Made by a program: the position numbers and the translations under genes | Notes under the pieces: generated by a model | Seen by the model: the letters and a program-made list of their open reading frames with translations, nothing else | What the model was told of the DNA's origin: nothing | Databases searched by the model: none | Shown here: in pieces, positions 10,458 to 19,600 of the stretch | Layout: each line of letters begins with the position of its first letter | Position numbering within the stretch: position 1 is the stretch's first letter | Source: Nostoc punctiforme PCC 73102 | Lineage (GTDB): Bacteria > Cyanobacteriota > Cyanobacteriia > Cyanobacteriales > Nostocaceae | NCBI RefSeq assembly: GCF_000020025.1 | Contig: NC_010628.1 | Coordinates: 7,080,001 to 7,112,000 of the forward strand | Direction: 5' to 3' | Length of the DNA stretch: 32,000 nt

Positions 10458-11735
10458 ATGGACGATAGTTTATGTAGCAACGAATTTTTTTCACCTATTG
10501 GTTCCAAATTTCTCTATCGCATCTTAGAAAACCTTAAAAAAATGAATCAGATATATATATCATACGCATGGAAAGATAACAAGAGTGAATTAGGTAGTCA
10601 ACGCGAAGAATTAGTCGATAAAATTTGCACCGCACTTATTTCTGAACGTTACAACTTAATTCGCGATCGCAACTATTTAACGCTAGGTAAGAGTATACAC
10701 GACTTCATGCAGGAAATCGGGCGCGGAAACTATGTAATTGTCGTTGTCAGCGACAAATATTTGCGATCGGAATACTGTATGTTTGAAGCTATTGAAATCA
10801 TGAAGCGCAAGGATTATGAACAAAAAGTTTTTCCTGTGGTTTTACAGGATGCTAATGTCTATACCAAAGAAGGCAAGACTGAGTATATAAAATATTGGAA
10901 GCAACAGAGTGAAAAACTAAAACAACTTATGGGTTCAGAACTATCTGCTCATCAAGATTCTGCAATGTATAATGTTGCTGAAAAAATTATGGAAATTTCC
11001 CAGAAGATTGACGAATTCATGTTTTTTATCTCAGATAAATTAAGCATTGATCCGTCTCAAAACTTTAATGGATTTATCAATCAGCTTACTGATGCTATTA
11101 AAAATGATGCTGTTAAACTCAGAAGCAAAAAGAGTATTTTAGTTGCAGGAACAGGATTTTTTGAAATTCCTAATGAAATCAATTGGTGCGCTCAACAACT
11201 TGGTGAAAAAATAGCAGAATATAACTATAACTTGATAACAGGTGGATGGGAAGGAGTAGATTATGTTGTCGCTGATAATTTTGCCGAAAAAATCGCGCAA
11301 AAAGATATACGCCTAACTGATAAGTTAACTCACGTTGTTCCGCGAGGAAAACAACCTGTATTTAAGGGTGGAAAAGTCGAATACACCGAGTCAGGTATTA
11401 ATGAGTGGCTTGATTGTTTGCGACATTCAGATTTGGTGATTCTTGTGGGAGGCGTTGGTGGAACTTATGAAACTTATCTATATGCTAAACAAGAGAAAAT
11501 TCCGGTGATTCCTATTGTCTGTACTAATGGCGATGCCAAAAAAGTATTCGACGAAATGCTGGCAAATTGGGATAGTAAATTAATGGGAAATATCTCACCG
11601 GAAAAATTTAAATCACTGAATCAATATATCAATGACGAATCAACAGCAGAAGATGTAGTCAATGATGTTATGGATATCGTTAACGAAATTATTTTTGCAA
11701 AAACCATGCTAAATACCCAGGGTCAGCTCATCTAA
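10458..11735 (+). CDS. TIR-domain / SLOG (LOG-like Rossmann) fusion protein
   Basis: N-terminal half: IYISYAWKD..GKSIHDFMQEIGRGNYVIVVVSDKYLRSEYCMFEAIEI is a TIR-like flavodoxin-fold pattern with an S-x-x-C-x-x-E glutamate at codon 10785-10787. C-terminal half: ILVAGTG..LITGGWEGVD..DLVILVGGVGGTYETY..IPVIPI matches the LOG/SLOG GGxxGxM and PGGxGTxxE motifs. The probable true start is ATG 10542 (MNQIYISY). Confidence 0.75.
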   Translation: MDDSLCSNEFFSPIGSKFLYRILENLKKMNQIYISYAWKDNKSELGSQREELVDKICTALISERYNLIRDRNYLTLGKSIHDFMQEIGRGNYVIVVVSDKYLRSEYCMFEAIEIMKRKDYEQKVFPVVLQDANVYTKEGKTEYIKYWKQQSEKLKQLMGSELSAHQDSAMYNVAEKIMEISQKIDEFMFFISDKLSIDPSQNFNGFINQLTDAIKNDAVKLRSKKSILVAGTGFFEIPNEINWCAQQLGEKIAEYNYNLITGGWEGVDYVVADNFAEKIAQKDIRLTDKLTHVVPRGKQPVFKGGKVEYTESGINEWLDCLRHSDLVILVGGVGGTYETYLYAKQEKIPVIPIVCTNGDAKKVFDEMLANWDSKLMGNISPEKFKSLNQYINDESTAEDVVNDVMDIVNEIIFAKTMLNTQGQLI

Positions 11736-11926
11736 TTTGGTATAAGGCATCTGCGAGTTAATAGTATCCCAACCCTCAGCCATCGAGAGTTGAGCGCAGC
11801 GATGCACTGAGCGCAGTCGAAGTGTCGAAACTCGGTTTACTGGTACTTTATTTTCACGCAATTCCCTAAACTTAACTTGAAAAATCAAAGAAGATAGGGA
11901 GGCATCATAACAAAACTTTTTGCCAA

Positions 11927-12565
11927 TTATGTTCCCGGACGAGAGCGAATATGATCGGGTATATGATGACGATCGCCTAATATTTCTAACAAAGGGCCAT
12001 TAACGTCAAATTTAACCATACTTACCGACGCGACCAAAATATTCACCCGATAGCGATAGCGTCCCAAATCAATACCCAGTAAACTGCAAAGCATAATCCG
12101 AATCGTGGCTTTATGGGAAACCACTAAAACATTACCTTGGTGATGTTTTTCTTGAATTTCAGCAATTACAGGCATAGAACGGTTAGCAATATCTACCGCA
12201 GTTTCTCCACCTTTGGGAGCATTCCAAGCGGGTTCTGTCATCCAATTTACATAGTTTTGGGCGTAATTCTCTTGGGCAAACGATTTACTCTTCCTTTCCC
12301 ATTCGCCGTAACTACCTTCTCTAAGTCCGTCACGCAACTGCATATCCATACCGATAGCATCACAAAATGGCTTGGCAGTTGCAATTGTGCGCTTCATCGG
12401 GCTAACGTAAACAGCTTCCCACTTCAATTTTTGATAAACATCGGCAAAACCGGATGCCATCTGCATCCCCTCTGTTGTCAACTCCGCATCAGTTTCACCG
12501 CAGAAATTACCACTTTGACTAAAAGTAGTTTCTCCATGTCGCAGTAAATATAAATTGAGTGTCAT
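11927..12565 (-). CDS. histidine phosphatase family protein (phosphoglycerate-mutase-like)
   Basis: LYLLRHGETTFS (RHG catalytic motif) together with VVSHKATIR (the second catalytic His). Confidence 0.85.
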   Translation of the reverse strand: MTLNLYLLRHGETTFSQSGNFCGETDAELTTEGMQMASGFADVYQKLKWEAVYVSPMKRTIATAKPFCDAIGMDMQLRDGLREGSYGEWERKSKSFAQENYAQNYVNWMTEPAWNAPKGGETAVDIANRSMPVIAEIQEKHHQGNVLVVSHKATIRIMLCSLLGIDLGRYRYRVNILVASVSMVKFDVNGPLLEILGDRHHIPDHIRSRPGT

Positions 12566-12731
12566 AGCTTATATCACGATTGGGATAAAGGAGTTGGTGC
12601 AAAAACAAAGTACCATCAATCTCGGAATCGATTATGTGACACCAGGACAAAGTAATCAACCAAAAAAGTCAATCCAACACAGACTTTTGAAAAGTTCTCC
12701 TTTTCTCTAACTCTCTGTGTCTTTTCCACTG

Positions 12732-14456
12732 CTAACTAAATTGCTGGGCATAAAACCGCGCGTAGCGATGCTCTAGGGCTAATAATTCTTCATGGGTTCC
12801 TGATTCAACAATTTGTCCCTGTTCGAGAACTAAAATGCGATCGCACCGTCTCACGGTTGATAAACGGTGAGCAATAATAAATACTGTGCGTTTTTGCATC
12901 AGTCTTTCTAGCGCTTCCTGTACCAGTGCTTCTGATTCCGAGTCTAATGCTGATGTCGCCTCATCAAGAATCAATATTTGGGGATTGAGGAGAACCGCAC
13001 GAGCGATCGCAATTCTTTGTCTTTGTCCTCCTGATAAGTTTACCCCACGTTCGCCCACCCAGGTCTGATAACCCTCTGGCAGTTGGCTAATGAACTGATG
13101 AGCATTAGCAATCTTCGCCGCCTCTTTAACTGCTTCCATGTCAAAAACATCTTGTCCAAAGGCGATATTTTGGGCAATTGTCCCCGAAAACATGATGGTT
13201 TCTTGAGGAACGATCCCAATTTGCCGCCGCAGACTATGCAGTTTCACATCCCGAATATCAACATCGTCAATGAAAATTTGACCAACTTCGGGGTCGTAAA
13301 AACGGGGGAGGAGATTGACAAATGTGGTTTTACCAGCACCAGAAGCACCCACAAGAGCGATCGCTTCACCTGGTGATACCAATAAACTGATATTTTTCAA
13401 TACGGGTTCACCAGGCTTATAGGCAAAGGAAATATGACGATATTCTATTTTGCCTTTGACTGGAGCCAGAGCGATCGCATTGATCTTTTCGATTACCGTC
13501 GGCTGAATTGCCATCAATTCAAAAACGCGGTCAACAGATGCTTCACCCTGCTTAAATTCGTTGTAGTTGTTAGTAGTATGACCAATGGGATCAATTAACA
13601 GTGCCGCCGCCGCCAGATAGCTGAAAAAATTCGCCACTGTCAAGTTATTCTGGGAAATTTGCCACGCTCCCACAATCAGTAACGATAACGCACTTAAAGC
13701 TTCTAGAAATCCCACAATGGGAATCTGAATCGCTTTCAGGCGTTCGGCTGAGTATTTTGCTTTCAGACTGCGTTCTGCTTCATGGCCAAAGCGGGCGATT
13801 TCATAATTTTCAGCAGCAAAAGCCTGTACTAAACGAATACCATTGAAAACTTCCGCAAGGATGGCTGATAAACCCGACACGCGATTTTGACTTTTTAAGG
13901 AATATTTGCGTAAACGTTCACCAAACCAGCCAACTAAAATACCCATCAGTGGCGCAACAATCACCGTTGCTAATGTCAGTTGCCAATTCAGATAAATCAT
14001 GTAAATCGGAATTGCCAACAACTGCAAAATGCAGGGGATAAAGTCGTGAAATCCTTTATTTACAACTTCGCCAACCCGGTCAACATCTTCGGTGAGGCGG
14101 TAAGATAAATCACCTGCTTTTGCGGTTTCAAAATAGCTGAGATTTAGCTTTTGCAGATGGGCGTAGACTTGCTGACGGAGATAAAAAGCAACTCTCAAAG
14201 AAGCCTTGGCCATGTACATATCTTGTATAGACTGAAACAAGCCTCTGACAAGAAAGACTAAGGCACAGCTGCCAGTTATTTGAGCGATCGCTACTACATT
14301 ACCCTGTGCAAAGGGAATTGCCAATTTACCGGCAAGATTTATCAACACTAATGTCGCCAGAACGTATCCCAAGATACCAATAAGTCCCTTGGTGATGGTT
14401 TTCCACTGGAGTCGGATATAAGGCAGTAGTTGCCAGTAATTAGAACGCGTTTTCAA
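12732..14456 (-). CDS. ABC exporter, fused permease/ATPase (MsbA-like type I exporter)
   Basis: Six-helix N-terminal transmembrane domain, Walker A GASGAGKTT, signature LSGGQRQRIAIARA and Walker B ILILDEATSALD. The track start is TTG and no upstream ATG is in frame. Confidence 0.9.
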   Translation of the reverse strand: MKTRSNYWQLLPYIRLQWKTITKGLIGILGYVLATLVLINLAGKLAIPFAQGNVVAIAQITGSCALVFLVRGLFQSIQDMYMAKASLRVAFYLRQQVYAHLQKLNLSYFETAKAGDLSYRLTEDVDRVGEVVNKGFHDFIPCILQLLAIPIYMIYLNWQLTLATVIVAPLMGILVGWFGERLRKYSLKSQNRVSGLSAILAEVFNGIRLVQAFAAENYEIARFGHEAERSLKAKYSAERLKAIQIPIVGFLEALSALSLLIVGAWQISQNNLTVANFFSYLAAAALLIDPIGHTTNNYNEFKQGEASVDRVFELMAIQPTVIEKINAIALAPVKGKIEYRHISFAYKPGEPVLKNISLLVSPGEAIALVGASGAGKTTFVNLLPRFYDPEVGQIFIDDVDIRDVKLHSLRRQIGIVPQETIMFSGTIAQNIAFGQDVFDMEAVKEAAKIANAHQFISQLPEGYQTWVGERGVNLSGGQRQRIAIARAVLLNPQILILDEATSALDSESEALVQEALERLMQKRTVFIIAHRLSTVRRCDRILVLEQGQIVESGTHEELLALEHRYARFYAQQFS

Positions 14457-14583
14457 GCTCGAAAGTCCACAACGATATTTTTCCTTTGTTTGACGCTAGC
14501 AGCTTTTGGGGAGTTTCTGAACAGTTCACTAATTAGTTACAACCTGTTTTAGCGTTCATAATAGAGTTTCCCGGTGTTCTTCT

Positions 14584-14958
14584 ATGATTGAAATGGAATA
14601 TTCATTCGAGGGGTATTGCTTTATGAAATTGGAAGAGTATTTCAACGCCCTTGCACCAGATGATATCCGGCTCAAAGGAACCCGGATTGGGATTGAGAGC
14701 ATTCTTTACGAGTATATCTATCGCTCTAAAACACCAGAAGAAATTGCCGAACAATTTCATACAGTGACGTTAGAACAGGTTTACGCCACGATTTTGTATT
14801 ACTTGCATAATCGTTCAGAGGTTGATGCCTATCTGGTAAATTGGTTGAAATTTTCCCGAACCATACGCGAAGAACAACAGCGAAATCCGTCTCCTGCTAG
14901 GATGAGGTTTCGGCAGATGCAGGAAGAAAACGCTGGAAAACAGTTACAGGAAAGCTAA
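14584..14958 (+). CDS. DUF433-domain protein (putative antitoxin/DNA-binding partner)
   Basis: IRLKGTRIGIESILYEY..TPEEIAEQFHTVTLEQVYATILYY fits the DUF433 pattern. ATG 14623 (MKLEEYF) is the likelier start. Confidence 0.7.
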   Translation: MIEMEYSFEGYCFMKLEEYFNALAPDDIRLKGTRIGIESILYEYIYRSKTPEEIAEQFHTVTLEQVYATILYYLHNRSEVDAYLVNWLKFSRTIREEQQRNPSPARMRFRQMQEENAGKQLQES

Positions 14959-15323
14959 TGGCAATTCAGTATCTGTTGGATGAACATTTGAGTCCTACAT
15001 ATCGTTCTCAACTTGTGCGGCGCAACCCTGAATTGGTCGTGCGAATCATTGGGGATTTAGATGTGCCACCCAAGGGTACTTCAGATCCAGAGATTTTGAT
15101 TTGGTGCGAAACCAATGGATTTATTTTGGTTACAAATAACCGTAAATCGATGCCCAGACATTTGGCTGACCATTTAGCTTCAGGTCGCCATATTCCTGGA
15201 ATTTTCACCATCGATGCAAACCAAAGCATTGGACAAACTGTTGAAGAATTAATCTTCATAGTTGAAGCTTCGTTTGAGGATGAATACCAGGATCGAATTG
15301 AATATCTACCTCTAAGCCAATAG
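14958..15323 (+). CDS. DUF5615-family PIN-like protein (putative toxin)
   Basis: YLLDEHLSP..SDPEILIWCETNGFILVTNNRKSM fits the DUF5615/Mut7-C PIN-like pattern. Its ATG overlaps the upstream TAA by 1 nt (TAATG). Confidence 0.65.
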   Translation: MAIQYLLDEHLSPTYRSQLVRRNPELVVRIIGDLDVPPKGTSDPEILIWCETNGFILVTNNRKSMPRHLADHLASGRHIPGIFTIDANQSIGQTVEELIFIVEASFEDEYQDRIEYLPLSQ

Positions 15324-15332
15324 GTTAAGACA

Positions 15333-15400
15333 AGAGACACGATGAATCGCAGTCTCTACAATAGTCAGTCCGTTTGTAGAGACGGCGATTTATCGCGTCT
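15333..15400. repeat. two degenerate copies of the GAGACGCGATGAATCGCGTCTC-type palindromic mini-repeat
   Basis: agagacacgatgaatcgcagtctctaca and gtagagacggcgatttatcgcgtctttgc were read directly. They belong to the same family as the copies at 17537 and 19067. Confidence 0.7.
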
Positions 15401-15546
15401 TTGCGATCTAGAATTTTCATCAAAAAATCTTAGCTGAACCAACGTATTGCTTCCACCCCTGACTTATCCTAAAAAATTAGCCCCCTCCTTACTTGTAAGG
15501 AAAGAGCTAGACTAATCTTGAAATTTAATTACGAACTACGAATTAA

Positions 15547-16596
15547 TTAATATCCGCCTTCTTCTTCGTATTCCGGCTGTCTTTCCTTTACTTTTTTCGG
15601 AATATTCACAGGCTTCGGCTCATCTTCCCAAGCATCACCTTCTACATCATCATAATCATCGTATTCATCAACATAAGGCTTGCTGTAAGGCTTGGCTTCA
15701 TACTTTAGCGGCTGCGGTTGTTGATACCTGTCGTTGCCTGTTGCTTCACTCCAGTTATCTTCTTCTTCGTCTTCTTCGTATTGAATAGATTCATACTGTC
15801 GCGCCTTCATTACCTGACGCTGTGGCCTTTCCTCTTCCACATAGTCTTCATTCCATTCCTCTTCCCGCGCTACGGGTTCGGGGGCGCGAACTTTTTGCCT
15901 GGGTGGCTGCAATGGCACTCCACTAGGCAGTTGATTACCTGGTGCAACTTGGCGTGGTGGAGTATAGCCGTATTCTTCTTCTGCATCCCTTTCCCAAGGT
16001 GCTTTGCCAATACCCAAACGCTCTAGTAAACCGGTTGTCAACTGGTTCACACGTTCTTCGGCTCCTTCAAACACAATCAACCGATTGGGGCCAGTGCTGA
16101 CAATTTCATCTACCGAGAACTCGTAAGTACTCAGAAATTGATCGGGAATTTGGGGTAATCCTAAAGAAGCGATGACTATAGAGTTAAGCTTCCCGGTTTC
16201 GCCGTTGAACTTGAAGCCCCGGACTTTGCCTAATACTTCACCTGTTTCTGTAATTACTTCCCAGTTAATCAGATTGCTGAGAGATTCAACTTCGATATCT
16301 TCAATGACATCTTCGTTATCAACCAGGATGACATCACCAATCTGGCTGATGTTGTTGAGGTACATGTAGCGCGGTATGCCCGAAATGGAGATCAGGCTGT
16401 CTCGCAAACCAAGAGCCACAACCTCTCGTTGATCAATATCAACCCAGACTTGACTGATGATGCCTAGCCGCTTGCCGTTGTCGCGGGTAATCACCTGAGT
16501 GTTTAATATATCGGAACGTCTAATTATCTGTTCGGAGGTCATTCTATACCGAGTCCTGATCTCGAATCCGGTTTGTCTATACACTATTATTAACAA
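15547..16596 (-). CDS. PRC-barrel domain protein with a long acidic/aromatic C-terminal tail
   Basis: ILNTQVITRDNGKRLGIISQVWVDIDQREVVALGL and a second, similar barrel segment (WEVITETGEVLGKVRGFKFNGETGKLNSIVI). The tail is E/D/Y/P-rich. The probable start is ATG 16542 (MTSEQII), 58 nt after the smc stop. Confidence 0.75.
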   Translation of the reverse strand: MLIIVYRQTGFEIRTRYRMTSEQIIRRSDILNTQVITRDNGKRLGIISQVWVDIDQREVVALGLRDSLISISGIPRYMYLNNISQIGDVILVDNEDVIEDIEVESLSNLINWEVITETGEVLGKVRGFKFNGETGKLNSIVIASLGLPQIPDQFLSTYEFSVDEIVSTGPNRLIVFEGAEERVNQLTTGLLERLGIGKAPWERDAEEEYGYTPPRQVAPGNQLPSGVPLQPPRQKVRAPEPVAREEEWNEDYVEEERPQRQVMKARQYESIQYEEDEEEDNWSEATGNDRYQQPQPLKYEAKPYSKPYVDEYDDYDDVEGDAWEDEPKPVNIPKKVKERQPEYEEEGGY

Positions 16597-16600
16597 AAAC

Positions 16601-19600
16601 TCAAGCAGATGTATTGGATGATTGTAATTTAATCCCCAAAACTTGAGTGTAAGCTCCCCGTGCTTGAGTAACGCCGATTGTGCGTTCGGCTGATTCTATC
16701 ATCGGACGACGCAAACTCACAACTATAAATTGCGCTTGTTGTGACTGTTGCTTAATCATTTTAGCTAATCGTTCTACGTTTGCTCCATCTAGGAACATAT
16801 CTACTTCGTCAAAGGCGTAAAATGGCGATGGACGGTAGCGTTGCAGGGCAAAGATAAAGCTCAAAGCTGTAAGTGATTTTTCTCCCCCAGACATGGAAGC
16901 TAGGCGCTGTACGGGTTTACCTTTGGGATGTGCAACTAAATTAAGTCCACTGCTAAAGGGATCTTCGGGATTTTCGAGTTGTAGGTAGCCGTCACCGTCT
17001 GAAAGAATGGCAAAAATTGATTGAAAGTTTTCGTTGACAGCATCAAACGCTTCTTTAAAGGCAAGTTGCCGCAATGTGGTAAAGTTTTCGATCCGCAAAA
17101 GTAGCTCGGTGCGTTCCCCTTCTAGTGTCTCTAATTTTTGCGTCAGTTCTTGGAGACGGTTTTGGGTGCGTTCGTATTCTTCCAACGCCAGCATATTAAC
17201 AGGTTCCATTGCTTGTAAGCGTTTGGTGAGCGATCGCAATTCTTTCTGTAATTCCTCCAAATCTACCTTATCTGGAACTTCCGGCAAGGGATTTGGTAAT
17301 TCTGCTCCCATATCTCGCAACTGGCTTTGCAGTGCAATTAGTTCCTCCCGCCGCTTCTCTTGAGTTTCTTTGAGTTTTTCGATTTCCCATTGCAATTGTT
17401 GTTGGCGCAAAAGGTGCGATCGCACTTCCAATTCTGTAGCGTCGCGTTTTTGTTTCTCTTCTCCCAAATTTTGCTCCATTTGAGCCAACGATAAACGGGT
17501 TTGGGTAATTTGCTCGTTTATCGTTGTGATTTGTGAAAAGACGTGATGAATCGCGTCTTTACAAGAGATTTGTTGGGTTTCGTATTCGGTGATTCGCGTT
17601 TCTGCTTCTTGGATTTTTTCTTGCAAACGTTGTTGCTGATTTTCTAAATTTTTTAATCTTTGTTCAGCTTCGCGTAATGCTGTCTCTCGTTGTTGCAAGT
17701 GTTGCTCTTGAATTTTAATTGTCGCCTGGATTTGCTGCCATTCACTGGGGGTTTGAGATGCTTCCAACTCTGCTAAAGCGTGTCGCAATTGTTGCAATTC
17801 ATTTTCTTTCCCAGGTAATTCCCGCTCCAAAATTTCTAATCGGGATTGAGCAGTGGCTAACTTTTCGCTGTTTTGGGCTAGTTGCGATCGCGTCCCCTCT
17901 AATTGCGCTGTTAAATTCTTAATGTCTTTTTGCAACTGTTCCAATTGCAACTGCTGTTCGCGCCGCGCCTGACGCGTTTCTGTGAGTTCTTGGGTGAGTT
18001 TTTTACTTCTGGCTGACAAAGTTGCGATCGCTTCTGTACAACGCTCTAAAACTCGCTCAATATCCACCAAACGAGTTTTTAAAGCGATCGCTTCATCAGA
18101 TTCTGCCGCTTCACCCGTACCAAACCGCAACGCTGAACGATTGCTGTTACTACCACCAGTCATTGCACCGCTAGTTTCTAACAACTCCCCGTCTAAGGTG
18201 ACGATGCGATATAAACCTAAATTTTTCCGCGCCGCCTCCAGGTTGGCAAATACTACTGTGTTACCAAAAACGTAGCTAAATACATCTTTGTAACGGCGAT
18301 CGCAATCGACTAAGTTAACAGCATAGTTAACGAAGCCGCTAGCGAAACGCAGCGTTGCATCTTGAGTAAATTTAGGAGCATGAATTTTATTTAGTGGTAA
18401 AAAAGTCGCTCTCCCGGCACGTTTCTGTTTGAGCAATTCAATCCCGGCTGCGGCTACACCATCATCTTCCACCACAATATGTCCCAATCGTCCACCGGCA
18501 GCCATTTCCAAAGCTAGCTGATGGCGGGGTTCCACCTTTCCCAACTGCACAACCAAGCCACAAAGTCCAGGCATTCCCGATTGTAAAATAACTTTACTCG
18601 CTTGGGTTCCTTGGACTTCTTGCTGTGCTTGCGTTTGCGCCTCTATTTTATCCAACTGGCGTTGTTTTTCCCGTTGTTCAAAAAGTAACCGCTTTTGGGT
18701 TTCCTGTTGGATTTGCAGTTCTTGTTCTGTAGCTGAGAGATTTTGGGCTAAATTCTGGATGGGTTCGCTAGAGGCGTTAAATTCCGTTTCAACTTGATTA
18801 CAGTCAGTTTGTTTTTGGGCTAATAGCGGTTCGTCGCGTTCAATTAACTGGGTTTGTTCTGAAATTAATTGCTGTAATTGATTATTCCGTTCTGTGAGTT
18901 GTGCTTTTTCTGTGCGTTGCGGTTCTAGAGTTTGCAACAGAGTTTCAATTTGACGATTGAATGCCGTTTGTTGCTGTACCCATGCTTCCGAAGCTGAGGC
19001 GATTTCTGCGGCTGCTTCGCGGGAGGTTTCTAGAGATTGGTGGGCTTCATTCCTTTGGTGTTGGGAAGACGCGATGAATCGCGTCTCTACAATTTGGGTT
19101 TCGTCAATTTCTTCTAGGGAATGACGATGTTTTTGAATTTCTTGCTGAGTTTGAGTGAGACGTTTAGCAGTTTCTTGGGAAGCTGTTTGTAATTCCGTTA
19201 GCTGACGCTGGAGTTGTTTACGTTCTGCTTCTTGGGTGGCGAGGGTAGATTGTACCGCCAAAAGTTCATCTTCTCCCAATGCTTTGACATGGGCATTGAG
19301 TTGTTCAAGTTCAGCAGTTTTTTGGACGATTTCGGAATTTAGATTTGTGAGTTGAGTTGAGAGTTCACTAGAATTGCGATCGCCTGTTTGAATTTCGTGA
19401 ACTAACTTTTCTTGTTGTGCTTGTAGCGATCGCCATGATAAAACCGCTTCCCAGGATTGTTTAGCCAGAAATTCCGTGCGAAGTTTTTGATATCTCTCAG
19501 CTTTAGCACGATCTTGAGAAAGGCGATCGCGTTGTGCAGTTAATTCCGTTTCAATAATCCGACAGCTATCTTCCTTCTCCTTCACCTCATCTAAAGTTGA

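Noticed and set aside
10132-11926. Calling the TIR-SLOG region a genomic island or prophage remnant
   Set aside because: Only one gene is involved, and there is no integrase, tRNA or flanking direct repeats. The AT-richness was judged by eye only.
9539-13376. Antisense ORFs inside selO (9539-10003), the phosphatase gene (12137-12547) and the ABC exporter (12886-13068, 13083-13376)
   Set aside because: Each lies opposite a gene with strong family motifs, and none has independent support.
15008-15340. 110-aa minus-strand ORF opposite the DUF5615 gene
   Set aside because: The plus-strand gene has the expected TA-pair coupling (TAATG) and family pattern. The antisense ORF has neither.
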